Source: Fimbriosthenelais zetlandica (taxonomy: Eukaryota). From it: 64,000 nucleotides of DNA. Below are positions 51,066 to 64,000 of this stretch, in pieces; positions within the stretch are counted from its first letter, which is position 1; each line of letters opens with the position of its first letter. The stretch spans positions 45,818,001 to 45,882,000 of the forward strand of contig OZ365109.1 of NCBI GenBank assembly GCA_977030845.1, given 5' to 3'. The notes under the pieces were generated by a model, which worked only from the letters and a program-made list of their open reading frames with translations, had not been told where the DNA came from and did no database searches. A program made the position numbers and the translations under genes.

Positions 51066-52560
51066 CAACTTATTCTGAATATTTGCCATTCGTCCCTATG
51101 CAAACAGTACATCTAAGTGTTATGCCAAAGGCCAACCATGTCACTACCTGTGATGAGAGGTATGTGAAATAATCATTGAGCATGCGCTCGGAGAAGAGAA
51201 TCAATTGTGTGCCGACAGTGTGTTTCTTTCTCATCCTGAGATAGCAGAAAAATGGCTAATTGAAAGTTAAACAAACTGTATTCACTCACTCCACTCAAAA
51301 CAAGAAACATGGATGAAAAAAGTGGAAAACCGAAATGAAATGAAAATGAATGGGAGATGTTGGTCAGTCAATTCATGGAGGTAAGAAGTGACTCTCTGTC
51401 CCTCTCTCCTCCACGCCCTTTCCTCTCCTGCTGGTATGTCGAGCGTTCCTCCTGTGTTGTCCCCGCCTAATGATCAACACCTGGAGTTTTCATTCACTCC
51501 CCGCACGGCCTATTATCAGCCCTCCCATGACCAAACATTACATATATACATAAAACATTGGCGTATATACTTCTGTTATTTATATAAACATAAAAATGTA
51601 ACAAATGTTATTCTAGTAGATATATTAGACCTATGAAACCTGGATCAAGATGCTAATGCAATCGGGGGATGTTTTGGACAGTGCCCTTGATATGCATGTG
51701 AATTGGAAAAATTGTATTCCTTAACATCATTTACTTGCTAAGAAACTTATATACCGTCAAAAAATACAATCAAATCAGCTTGACAGTCTTTTAAACAAAA
51801 TATTGACTATTAGTTGTAGAATTATCCCCCACTACAATGTCCCTACACAACCTACTACGTGGTTGTGCAATGGGGGATTATAATACATACTGTATAGGCA
51901 TATCTATAGTCAAATATTTTTTTCTTTGAGCATCAATGTCAGATATTTGTAAATTGAATAAGTTGAACTTGAAGACTCTGCAATGCTGAAGTTGAAGATT
52001 CTGCAATGGAGCCCAGTGCCTTATCATCAGGGGCCTCTCATGAGTATAATATGTCCCACTTAAGGCCCATCTTCATCTTTATTATGAAACCGACCCCGTT
52101 GAGAAATAAGTGAGATGGTGTTGTTGCCATGCTCAGCCCCTGCAGCCTCCCATGTTTTTTTTTGTTGTATTTTGATGTTTGGTCTTCACCTGAAGCAATG
52201 TTAATTTTAGTGTCGGGCCCACCAGCCCTGCCCACATTGTGTCTCCATTCTACAGCTGGCCCGGGTGTTTGGCTGATGGGTAACATAGCCAGTCATAATA
52301 TATTAACTCGGCACTTGGTCTATCTGCTCCACTAAAACAAGTAGAGGAGCTGATTCAGGACTATTCACGCCTGTGCCTGTCTGGTTTTACTGCATGAATT
52401 GTGCTACATGTGGTCAGGATGTGTTAGCCTAGCCACTGTAATATCATACATTAGTACTTCCCAGACGTCGATCTCACACTTTTGAACTTGACACTACAGC
52501 ATGAATTTCTGGAAAATTTTCTAAATACATGTACACTTAGCTCGTGGTCCTTTCTGAGCA

Positions 52561-52960
52561 AGGTTTTATCAGTCAGCCTTGGTTCTGTCAATCAGCTCTG
52601 GTTTTATCAGCCAGCCTTGGTTTTATCATAATCAGTCAGCCTTGTTTTTATCGTTCAGCTCTGGTTTTATCAGTCATCCTTGGTTTACAGCCTTGGTTTT
52701 ATCAATCAGCTCTGGTTTTATCAGTCAGCCTTGGGTTTATCAATCAGCTCTGGTTTTATCAGTCAGCCTTGGTGTTATCAATCAGCTCTGGTTTTATCAG
52801 TTAGCCTTGGTTTTACCAACAAGTTTTGGCTTTATAAGCCAGCTTTGGCTGTATCCATCAGTTTTGGTTTCATCAATCAGTTTTGGTTTTATCAATCAGC
52901 AGTCAGCCAAGGTTTTATCAACCGGTTCTGGCTTTATCAGTCAGAGCTGCCTTTTTCAAT
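52561..52960. repeat. 19-bp minisatellite (GGTTTTATCAGTCAGCCTT alternating with GGTTTTATCAATCAGCTCT)
   Basis: About 20 degenerate copies. The three overlapping plus-strand ORFs are artefacts. Confidence 0.92.
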
Positions 52961-55167
52961 CAGCTCCAGACGCCAAACAAATATTCCCCCATTACAAACT
53001 AGTGTTTGTTCATGACCATCATGGTCACATGGACAATGGATCCATGTTCCTCTAATAGCCACCACCCAGGTGTGGATATCCACCTGGCATGGGTCAGTCT
53101 GGTACACTCTCTATCAAATGTCAGCTTAAACTTAGAACCCATCTCCACTACACATTAATTATCTTTGGCGATTCATTCATAGATATCCCCAACTGCTTTG
53201 CCATTATTTGTCACTAGTTTCCCAACAGTCTTAAACAGAAAAAATAATTACGAGTAAGTTGACTAAATTTCTTGGTAATATTGGACTAAGTTCTTCCTAA
53301 ATTACCATAAACATGTTGAAGCACAGTGCATCTGGGCTTTAAGGAGGTAACCTTTTCCAGTCTACGCCTCGTCAGGTTAGGCAGGATGAAGTCAAGCACC
53401 TATATGGACCAGGTGGTCAGAGATACGGTATTGATCACTTATTCAACATTTTACCTGTCGATGGCTCTGATTATTGGTCTATTTTCAGTAAAGTACAGTT
53501 TATTTATAAGTCCTGAGTGTATTTATGAATGGATGGTGCCAATGTAGATTAGCTTCCCCGAGGGCTCTATGTGTCTGTTTACAATAGGACTATAGAATGG
53601 CAATATAATGTTGAATGTGTGGTCCTACAATTTGTTCACAGTTACACGCTTCCTAATGAAATAGGTAAATTGCTGCACACTCGAGATTCATAGAAAAATA
53701 ATCAATTAAATTTGTCAATGCATACAGCCTACTACAACAGTAGAAAACCATATGTAGCAGAAAAAATAATTGAGGGAATCCACTTGAGAAAAGTCTTTGG
53801 TAATACAATTTCTGAATTTAGTGCAAAACAGTTCAAGCTACCCTAGTCTACTTTTTGTTCGAGAATCAGAACAAACGGAGAAAAATGATAGATAAGCATA
53901 TTTTTACGCACCCTTGGATTACGCTTGTCTGGTTGGCAAGGGTGCCAGTGGTTAGCTAAGTCTTGCTGAGATTTGACCCTTTACACAGCCCACACATACA
54001 GCAGCTGGCTTAGGTCTGTCATACTGCTTCAAACCACGCAAAATCTATATACTCAAGCTTAACTAGCCCTGTGACAATCTCTTGCATAATGTCTGGCAGA
54101 AGAGATATGGCTTGCATAAGACCATTACGATAGCTCTTACGAGGCCAAATTATGGCGAGAGTACTGACAAGAGCCTCGTGGCTGAAGAACTACCCCCTCC
54201 TCCAGGCGCTGTCTCCCTCTCTAGCAGTCCTCCAAACTCATCCTGGAAAAAAGTTTTTAAAGAAATATTTGAGCTTAGAGAAAAAGTGAAGCGTGCGTGG
54301 CTATTTTGGTGCCTGTTGTTAAAGGCTGGCGGAGTCTTTTGGAGAGTCTTGCCTTGTGGTTGAAACGAGGAGAGAGAAGAAAGAGCGAGTTTGCCCGGTA
54401 AAAGGATGGTTAAGTGTCCAGAGGAACAAGAAGTAAACTCGCCTGTCGAGATGGATACTGCCCATAATGTGGCTTTCATGTTGGAAGCATAAATGTCAAA
54501 TATTCCCTGACAGTGCTCTTACCATCTTGTCAATCCCGGCCACTAACTTCCTCTTACCACTTCACTCCCATTACGCCATGCCACACGATCGATCCCAGCT
54601 CATTAAGCTCCATAGATATCGATCCATATGAGTCCCTTTATTTTGCCAATTCCTCTGTCCACTCTCTGTGGCATTAATAAGTAATGTTTAATAATAAGAA
54701 AATAGGGAAGAGAAACGTTGAGATTTGTCTGGAACAGAAGCGATTGCATTTAACATTTTTGATAGAAAGTCCATATATACTTTAAATTAATATAGATATG
54801 AAATGGAAACTGAGATATCCATCTGAATCTATTTCATGTTAATTTAAAAGCACACACGAAATACCTCCAGTACATTTCCATTAAGCCTGACATCACCCTT
54901 TTATGTATATATATGTATCTTTTTTACGGTTTATAGCGGAAATCATTTTTCTCTTGGACATTTGGCCAATCTTGTTTAGCATAAACTCACCCAGGTTGAT
55001 TGCTCTCAAGTCGAAAAGCAAGATAAGGTATAGTCTATGACTGCTGACTTACGATGAGCTAGCCTAGGAACATGTTTATATAATCCAGTCCATCATAAAT
55101 CCAACCTCAGAGTGTTGATAAAAATTGACAAAAATAATGAACTCAGCTCTGCATCTATATCAGTTAA

Positions 55168-55369
55168 GACAGGACTTCACTGCTGCGATTTAGTTCTCGA
55201 CACGACTGCAATAAAGGTGAATGATAGTGTCACAAGATGTACTATAGTCGAGGATGGCCGCCCTCAGGCCATGGACACTTCAATCACAATTTGTCAATTT
55301 TATTACGACAGAGCATCACCTTTTTCGCAGTTGTGGCATCAGCAAAATCGCAGCAGTGGAATCCCAGCT
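55168..55369. mobile_element. Old MITE (TTAA at left flank, Kolobok-like), copy 1
   Basis: Imperfect ~50-bp TIRs (CACTGCTGCGATTT...AAAGGTGA and TCACCTTT...AAATCGCAGCAGTG). Homologous to 59699-60076. Confidence 0.6.
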
Positions 55370-57250
55370 TTGGTCAGCACTGCAGAGTGGAGAGTTCGCC
55401 ATTAAAAAAAGATAGACCTGGAATGGGGCCTAAATCAGTCTATGTGTATGGGCCTAATGGGAAGATGATGTTTATGGTTGGAGATATAGGCCTATAAATA
55501 GAGCTTCAACATCTGTAGAATGTTCTGTGTTACTCTGTATCATAGTAAACGGATGAGCTGAATTGGCAGACTGTTGAATGTGAGACTTGAATGTGGAAGA
55601 TCCCCGGTTCTATTCCCCTTGGAAGCGTTATAACTGCCAATATACCATTGTCCTTCTCCATCAAGTGTTTCTAACTGAAATATCAAAGGCCATCCATGTC
55701 TCCCACTCAGCCCTCTGCCTATGGTGAGACCATTGTTGCCATTCGAGAAGAGCACACCATTGTGTTTCTTACACATTCCGAGATAATTTTCATTTTCCTT
55801 GTCAAACAGATAATTTATTAAGTAGATAAATTGTAGCGATGAAACCTGTTCGCTGTGGCCATAAGATGAGCTTATCTGAATCTTTGGGTTGTAATTATTG
55901 TGACCCAAAAAATGAGAGATACGATGAGGCTTCAATCAGTCTAGTGTCATCTTAGAGCCGTGCCTGTGGTTAGATGCAAGTTTAGCCTGCTTTTCCACAA
56001 TAGACATGCAGCTGGTTTGAGGTTTGTATTGTTTGCTTACACCAAACCCCGAGCCCAATGTTATCCAGACCAGACAGAGTAACTGTGATTTCTGCTCCTC
56101 ATCTTCTTATATACTGTAAGGTGGGTCAAGCTTTCCTACCCTTACATTACCCTACATATAAGTGGTAGGCATACTTCTTGGGAAAGAGATATTTTGATTT
56201 TTTTTTTAAATTGATGGCAATTTTTGGGGCAGGTGTAAATGATCAAGATTCATTTTTAGGGGAGGAGATTTAATTTATAGGCAAGAGCAGTCTAAAATTA
56301 TCCATTTTTTTAAAATCGCTGCCATCCGATGGGAGGAATAACCGGCCTTTTGTAGAATTTTTCGCATAGAAAGACGTCACTGAGTTCTGCTGTTGGGGCA
56401 AGAGCTGCTCTAAATTCTGGTTTATTGCTATAATAGATTTTCTTAAAAAGAAGATCAATTTTAGAACATATTCAAGTGAAATTGGGTACACTATATATCT
56501 TTTCCTTATGTCCAAATGTGGAGAGAGACAGAAGCAGAATTTAGACGTGATGGGAAACATGTCAAAGTATTATACGACATATGAGATTTCACGATATTTT
56601 ATCCCTGGAGCCCAGTAGCTAACAGTAGCCACTAGTCAAACATTTATTTTGGATTAACCAAACATTTTTATGGGCCTCTTTATATGATATTTAAATGCGT
56701 TATGGTTTGGGCTTACAGTACAAGGGAAAGGTGAATACTCAATGTCAATACAAAAACTGGTCATGTTTACTATGTTACTAGACAGTTAATTACCCCTCTC
56801 TGTCTACAACATGAATAATGTATGTGCAATCTCTACTGGTTAAACACTCTGAAGGGATGGGGCCGTGTCTTATGCATGGCAGGCCCCTGGTTCAATTCTC
56901 CAAACAATATTCAAATTTGCATTAAGTTCGCCATCCATTGCTCCTGGGATATATAAAGCATGTCTCCTAATGCCTTTCAATAATTGCAGGCATTTTTACT
57001 TAAAACACTGAATTCAATAGGACTTAATAAGGTGTGAGGCTTTTGAAGACTGGAAACGAATGATGAACCCAAAATTGTTTTTCTCCCGAATTACAACCAT
57101 TTCGATGCTGCTTCTGACTTCCCTTCCAAGTAATACGGATTCTTGCCTTTTTGTTTTCCATCGGCCTTGGGCACTGGGCCCATAACCATCGTGTAAATCA
57201 GTGCAACTTCACCCTTTATATTGAGTAATGCGTGTTCTCACCAAGGAAAC

Positions 57251-57330
57251 AGGTAAGGCGATACAGCCTTCACGATCTGTTATGTCCGCCAGGTAAGGTG
57301 ATATAGCCTTCACGATCTGTTATGTCCGCC
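57251..57330. repeat. 40-bp tandem duplication with 2 mismatches
   Basis: AGGTAAGGCGATACAGCCTTCACGATCTGTTATGTCCGCC at 57251-57290 and a near-identical copy at 57291-57330. Confidence 0.93.
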
Positions 57331-59172
57331 AGAAAGGCATAAAACACCAGCCTCGACGTCTATTGATACCAGATGGCTCTTCTTAAGAGAACTTACCTGT
57401 CTCACAATTGAAGGCTATATATAATGTGCCTTTATATAACGTCCGAGGGAAATCAATATTATCAGGCCTCCATCAGGATTCCATCAGGGACAAGGTTTTC
57501 AGATCCATTACAATACAAAAGCCTAAGGTGACCTTTAAATAACCGATCATCCTTGGGGGAAGTGTTTCTTGTTTCTTGTTTCTCAGCAATGAACCCCGGC
57601 AATCCCAGATCTTGCTTTAGATATTTGACTGCTAATTACAACATTACAGTGCAAGATAGCTGACGGCTGTCACAACCTGATGTTGTGACCGTCGAAGTAG
57701 GCCCAATATTCTTGCTGTAGCAAATTATTTCAAGCCCAATTTGCAATGTGGATACCCATCTGTATGGGGTTGGTACCAAGCCTTCGATTTGAATACGATT
57801 TGAGTCCCTGGTTCAACTTTCCAATCATTCTCCAATCTTTTCTCCGCCCATTGCTGCTAACTGGGATATCAAAGGCCATAGATGTCTCCCACTGTCTGTG
57901 TATGGTGATATAAAATATCCATTACTGCCGTTCGTACTATACAAACCACTGCACAGGCGTTTGAAAAAGCATGTAAAATAACTTGCTGCCATTGTGTACC
58001 AACACAGTGTTTTCTTCTCGTCCGGATATATTCTCTCTCTCTCCCTAAGCTATATACAACCTGTGGCCATCCCATTGAACTGTCGTTTCAATATGTATGG
58101 CCTTATGATGACAAAAAGCTCTAGAATTGTTTAGTCTCTCCGCCCATTTTTTGCCCCATACTATCTCTATCCCCACTCAGCAGTGGCCCTTCATAATACA
58201 TACATCACATGGCTTTTTAGCCAGTCACCCTGTTATAACAGTGATATAAATCTACCCGTCTTGGTGCTTTATGGGTCTGTTGATAATTCATTTAACGTAT
58301 GGTGTGAATGTTCTCACTGTCCTTGGCAATAACCAGTCTTTACCAGCCAAGTTCACAGAACCGATTCAACACTTATGCTTTGTTGCATAAAAACTGATTT
58401 CGCAAGTTACATTTAATTTTAATACTATTTTAGCATAAAATTCTGAATTTCCCCTCCAGTATAGATATGCTGCCGAGACCAGTTCTGCCTGATGGTGATC
58501 ATACCATGGGGTTTGTCAGTGGCGTGAAATGTGATGTGGGTGGTAGTAGGGTGTTGAGTGGGGGTTGGGGGTTAGGGGGGGGGGGGGGTGTTCGGTGTCG
58601 GGGTAGGAGGCGGGATGGATTGAGGCTGGATCTGGAGGTGGAGATGAATCTGCTGACCACAGACAGGCGAAGCTTTTTGCGGGTTAAATTCCTCCCTGAA
58701 GGAAGGCCGCCAGAAATTGCGGCCAGACGTCTGGGGGATTTGAAAGAAGGCAATCGGTGCTGCCATGGTAACCTCTTCAGGAAGCTGTTCCCTGATTAAT
58801 ATTCACCTCTCATTCCTACCTCTCTGATTCTCTCATTTTCTCCTCTTTCTTGCCGTTGCTTCTTTCACTCTCTTTTAATTTCCACTTTCCTTTAATTTCC
58901 CCATACAGTCTTGTACTCCCTTGGAGATAGCCTAGCCTAGGTTGCCAGACTCAATACCCATACCGCCCATGCATCCTTGTCCTAGGCTCTAATCTATGTT
59001 GTCTCCCTTTATAGTGTATGTCATTTTCTCCTGCCTCTGGCCTATATCCCACTTTTCCTCCTTCCCTCAAATTCTATTGTTTCTCACTCTTCTCTGCCTG
59101 TCACTTTTTCTCTACCTCTGACACGTTGTCTGGCTCAATGACTCTGGTTCTCTCTATCTTCTCACTCTCTAT

Positions 59173-59179
<7 letters not shown>

Positions 59180-59230
<51 letters not shown>
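59180..59230. repeat. (CT)n microsatellite in a pyrimidine-rich tract
   Basis: About 25 perfect CT units. Confidence 0.97.
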
Positions 59231-59236
<6 letters not shown>

Positions 59237-59698
59237 TCCTTCTATAGTATGACATTTTCCATCCAAGCTTCACGAGATGCTAGATGAAAGCCACTCCTGC
59301 CCATCTGAGAAAGGCAACTTACAAATTCCATTATCTCCCAACAAAATAATCATCTGTTTTGTCAGGTGTGATGGGAGCGGAATGTTAAAAGCTTTTGTGC
59401 TTTACATCTTCCCACATATTCTATAACATTGATTTTCCTGTAAAACTATTTTCACTTTTTTGACGAGTTTCTCACTTTTGACATATATTATTACACCATT
59501 CCTCCTATACAAGCTTTATACCCTTATACTATGTATCATCATAAACATACATACCTCGTATCACCCCGTATATCACAGATACACGGCGCCAACCGTAAAG
59601 ACTCCGCTCGTCCCTCTGGAAATCAGAAGTCCAATACAACAAAAAAACGAGTTAAAATTATCACCTTGGCCGTGCGTCTGGGGGCCTGGTACAGTTAA

Positions 59699-60076
59699 AC
59701 CAGGACTGCTCTGCTGCGAATTTGCTTGCAACAATACTGCATCAAACTTAATGAGGTGATGCCTGTGTCACAATAAAATTGATAAATTGTGGTCGAAGTG
59801 TCCAAGGACTGATGGGTAGCTGCATCCACACTGTTCACCTTGTGGATGCAGCGATTTTTGATTGCGATTTTCTACTGGTTGACTGCGGGACCTCAAGTCT
59901 TGCAAGATATGAATTCTCCCAAGAAATTGTGAGCATTTCGGTACTTGCGGTTAATATGTTGCAATGGAAGCAAAAATTTCGCATCTGCCATACAGAACTC
60001 AACCGCAAGAGCTAGCAAGCAACAAGCATCATATCACCTATGCCACAAGCAAAATCGCAGTAGTGGAGTACCAGCT
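59699..60076. mobile_element. Old MITE of the same family, copy 2, in the opposite orientation
   Basis: Its first ~120 bp align to the reverse complement of ~55250-55370. Its right end AGCAAAATCGCAGTAGTGGAGTACCAGCT matches the TIR. TTAA at the left flank. Confidence 0.6.
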
Positions 60077-62800
60077 TCAGAGGCGTGGCCTTCTGGATGA
60101 GCTACACCAGTGTTTAGACACCTAGGAAGCGTTAGATGTCAGCAAGGTAACGAGCTCCCAGGTTTACTCTATGGGGGCATGATGCAGACCTTGCAATAGG
60201 TTTTTGATGGAGTTGGGGATGGTACTTCTTGAGGAGGTTGTAGATTGTGACAGGATCTGCTGATCATGCACCTTGCTCAGCTAAAGATGGTATGCCGTAG
60301 TAAGCCCTGTAGGAAATGAAATGTTGGTCTTTGGGTTTTTGAATCAGTTGGTTTCGTTATGTAGTCTTGGATTTTTTTTTAGTTTAAACTTGCTTAATTC
60401 ATGATACATCGCCCCTAAATGTGAAGCTACATAATAGACTAAAGGCAACTAGATTAAATCTTGTGTAATATAAAGAAAATCTAAAGAATGGTAAAGAAAA
60501 ACATATATAAAGTAAGGCATTTGACCCTTGTTGCAAGTATTATTTACATAAATGTGTCTCCCTTCTCCATTTTCACATTAATAACTGACCCGCCTAATGT
60601 TACGGAGATTACATTTTTTTTCTTTTTCGCAATCAAAATTAGAATTCCCTATATGATGCCAATAAAAACCCACCATTTATTGGACTGACGTCGCCGTTTA
60701 TCGCGGGGAAGGTGAGAGACTTGTGTTTTGTTTCCAACACATGTACACACATTAACTCTGTAATGACGCCTGTGTTGCTGTTCCCAGGCTGCCAATACCA
60801 ACAGTAGAGGTGATGGTCGCCCGCCGCAGTACACCACCTCTCATTATTATCTTCTACCAGCTTTTTTTTTAGTCCTCATGTCATTTTTGTCCTACATTTT
60901 TTTCCCCTAGTTAACTCTGTTAATGGGAGAACCTCTGTGTTGTGTGCCATAGAGTGCAGGTCTTTTCCCCGTGATAAGTATTCCATACTTCTTGCTTGGT
61001 TTGGCTGGTCTTTCAGAAAAGTAAATATACCTTTTCATGTCAGATTGAAAGAAACATAATGAAATGTCTTCCAGAAAGGGGCTGATTATCAGCTTGGTGT
61101 CTTATTTTTTAACTCGATTAAAAAACAACCTTTAATATAGTAGCATAGTTGGAGGATGTGTGAACTTTTTATTTTGTAGAACATCGGAAATATAGGGGGA
61201 CAATATTATTCGTATAAATCAGTCATGGCTTGCCAAGCCAAGAATTTCAATTTATTATTCCTTTTCTCTCATTTCTTAAATCAACTGGCTGTCTAAAATT
61301 TAATCAAAATTTGTTCTAACATTTAAGCTAGTGTATAAATATCGTTGATACCTGGTTATTTTTCTCAAATGAATTATTCAACCCTATTAATCCTTACTCA
61401 ATTTTAATGTTTTCAAATCTATTTAGGTTCAGTATATACTGACTGACATCATCAATTGAGAGAATGCTCACAAATTTATCAGTTGATTCTGTTTCGGGAT
61501 TCCGGCTAGCATGTGACAGACGATGACTTGTCTATTATGTAGCACATGGCTTGTATATTATATATTTGACCAGCCATCGCTCCACCGTATAGAAAGACAG
61601 ATGATCCCGTTTGTAATCAGATTAGCAAATAGGCTGCCGCATCGACCAATATTTATACCTGGGCTAGGGTCGCTCGCCCCTACCCTCCATCCTGCACATC
61701 CCTCATGTTGGGCAAACACTGGAAAAGCAACACGCAGATGTCTGCTTATAACATACACTAGTGAGTCGGTGCAGATCTCATTGCATGTGTTCTTTCTTGA
61801 TTGCATGTAATGAAATGATGATTCTGCATTTGCACCTGCTAAAGTTCCTGACCCATGCATGATATCATAAATGTATGAGGTTTTATTCATTGCGTGAATA
61901 TGAAAGTCTTAGGTTCATATTGCGTATATTATATGTGGAAGATTTGTATTCTATCTGTATTCTTAACATGAATTCACTCAGTCCACACGGGAGGATGTTC
62001 CAAAATGTTAGCCTTTGATTTATGTGTGCTGAGTCACAAGGACAGGAGTTCACTTGTTGTTCTAATACATTCAGTCCACATAAGGACAGGAATCCATAAT
62101 GTGAAAAGTCAATGTAAACTGCCATCATGTACCAGCCCCTGCTCAGTGCCACTGACATATGTACAAGTATATTCATCAACAGTTACTTAGTCGAAAAAAA
62201 AATATCATCTTGAATCATCACTCAGTAAAAGTTACATCTCCCGGAGAAAAAGGGAGTGCGAAAAAGAAACGCTAACACTAAGAATCCCTCGCTTCCTCCG
62301 CCTACTCCTTCATACCTGGGGGTTAAATATGTATAAGAAGGCGGAGAGAAAAATGAGACGGAGATGAAAAATTACGATGAAAAAATCAACTGGAGTATAG
62401 TGTCACATCGTGATTACACAATCCATAGAGATTTTTACCTTTAACTTAACATCTGGTCATTTATAGAAAAAGTTACATCTGCGTCTCACCACGTTATTTG
62501 CCGATGATTTTTTGGGGTGAATCACTGAAAAGGAATCCGCCGAGCTCTCTTTTTGGAAGTGAGTGACGCAGTTTCTGTTTTGCTCAAACTTTCTTTTTTG
62601 TAGTGAAGTAAACTTGAAGCGCTGTGAATTTGGCTCATCGTTCTAAATTCTGACCCCAGGTCAGTTTATAGTTGCTACTTGTTTGTTTATGACTTCTTTT
62701 TAGGGTAAAAAATATATTCCTTGATCCCTTCCACAGGAAAGCATGAGCCAGTTGTGTTATATATTTTAACCTCCAAGTTGTGACTGTCAGGTACAAGGTT

Positions 62801-62877
62801 TGGCTCAGTTGGTTTCGAGGGCCTGTTCCATGACATCGTTAGTATGCTATGTTGCGAAGGGTTGGCAGTTCAACCCC
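62801..62877 (+). other. Degenerate tRNA-derived (SINE-head-like) sequence
   Basis: Good A box TGGCTCAGTTGG (62801-62812) and weak B box AGTTCAACCCC (62867-62877). No cloverleaf. Confidence 0.25.
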
Positions 62878-64000
62878 GTGAATTGTCCTGAAGTCTTCTC
62901 ACTCCATCCCTCCCCTAGGGTGTTCTGTTGGTTTTGAAGCGCCAGCATCTGAGACATTTCTCAAAGGAAATGGAAGATAAAGGAAATATTATTGCAGATG
63001 TAAGTTTATAAAAGCCCAATGCTGCAAATCACTTAAAAAAAGAATTGAAAAATCAAATAATTAATCGTTAGATATTCCTGTATCAACATTTTCTGTGTGA
63101 AAACTGTACAAAGGACTGTAAAATGTAGGACATGCATGGTAAGAAAGGCCCATCTTCACTTGAAACACCCACTTAGCAACCAGCCTCCAATCGTCAAGCA
63201 AGCACTCCTTCAAAAGATAAAAATGACCATATCCTTCATTTCAAAATTCAGGAGAGAAACTCAAAAAGAAACAAAAACAAAATTCCAGCAGCTTCAGCGG
63301 GAGTTCGGGGGAAGTGTAATGGATGGCTTGGAACATAAAATCTGCTTCATTTCATGATTTCGGAGGAACTCATGGAAGAACACACACATCACAAACCCTC
63401 TATAAAACACACTGTCACCACTCAGCCCTTCTAGTCAGGTCTGGCTTGTAGTAGGCAGACATGTTATGACTGGATTTTCATCAGTGGGCAATTGCCATAC
63501 ATTTGGACAATTACCCCCGACAAAAGGTCAAAATGTACGCCCGTGTCTTGTACAAGCCTGGGACCATGTAGAGTTCAGCCAATTACCTATGGGTGCGTAT
63601 TGCCCAGCAGCCAAGATGAAGTTGGGATTAATTATATATTGACAGAGCTGCTAACTGCCCTATCAAAGGCCAGCCATGTCTCCCATGTTTGCCGTTCGTT
63701 CTGCGATAGCTGAAAAATAGCTGACTGGATGTTAAACCAATGTCCGTCCATCCGTCCATCCAACCATCCATCTATCCACCCAGGCTCTCCTTCTTGCCAA
63801 CCACAGACCTTCGTCTTACACAGCGAATTCATATAAAATTAGCATAAAATATTCGGAATTGAATTCTTTGTGGATCAATCCCTCTGGCAAATATGAATCC
63901 AAAGACCATTTATTACCCTACATATACAATTTGGAGTGACAAAACATAACACCCCCAGCCTGTTATTTATGAGACAAAAATTGAAAATCACAGATCATTT

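Noticed and set aside
52544-53055. Three overlapping plus-strand ORFs
   Set aside because: 19-bp minisatellite artefacts.
60643-60711. IYWTD (LDL-receptor YWTD-like) exon ending at G|GTGAGA
   Set aside because: It needs a frameshift to stay open, and no other YWTD, EGF or LDLa exons were seen nearby.

Overview
AT-rich eukaryotic genomic DNA. It looks like an animal, possibly an echinoderm or other marine invertebrate, but that is inferred only from repeat style and TAGGCCTA enrichment. The window is dominated by tandem repeats and transposon derivatives, and I cannot name any host gene with confidence. Most long ORFs in the supplied track are artefacts of tandem repeats. The best-supported element is a 2.5-kb Ngaro-type (DIRS-order, tyrosine-recombinase) retrotransposon on the minus strand at 36874-39392. 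It has identical split direct repeats (A1...B1-A2-B2) and an intact zinc-finger gag. A pol N-terminus follows in the same frame after a single TAG, RT/RNaseH is deleted, and the recombinase tail is decayed. It sits without a TSD at a unit boundary of a ~55-bp tandem array. Two foldback-like TIR elements are built from arrays of palindromic monomers (25884-28231 and 41172-42538). There are also several MITEs (Kolobok-, Harbinger- and pogo-like), several minisatellites, and dense TAGGCCTA clusters flanking CpG-rich promoter-like patches. All coordinates were read by eye.
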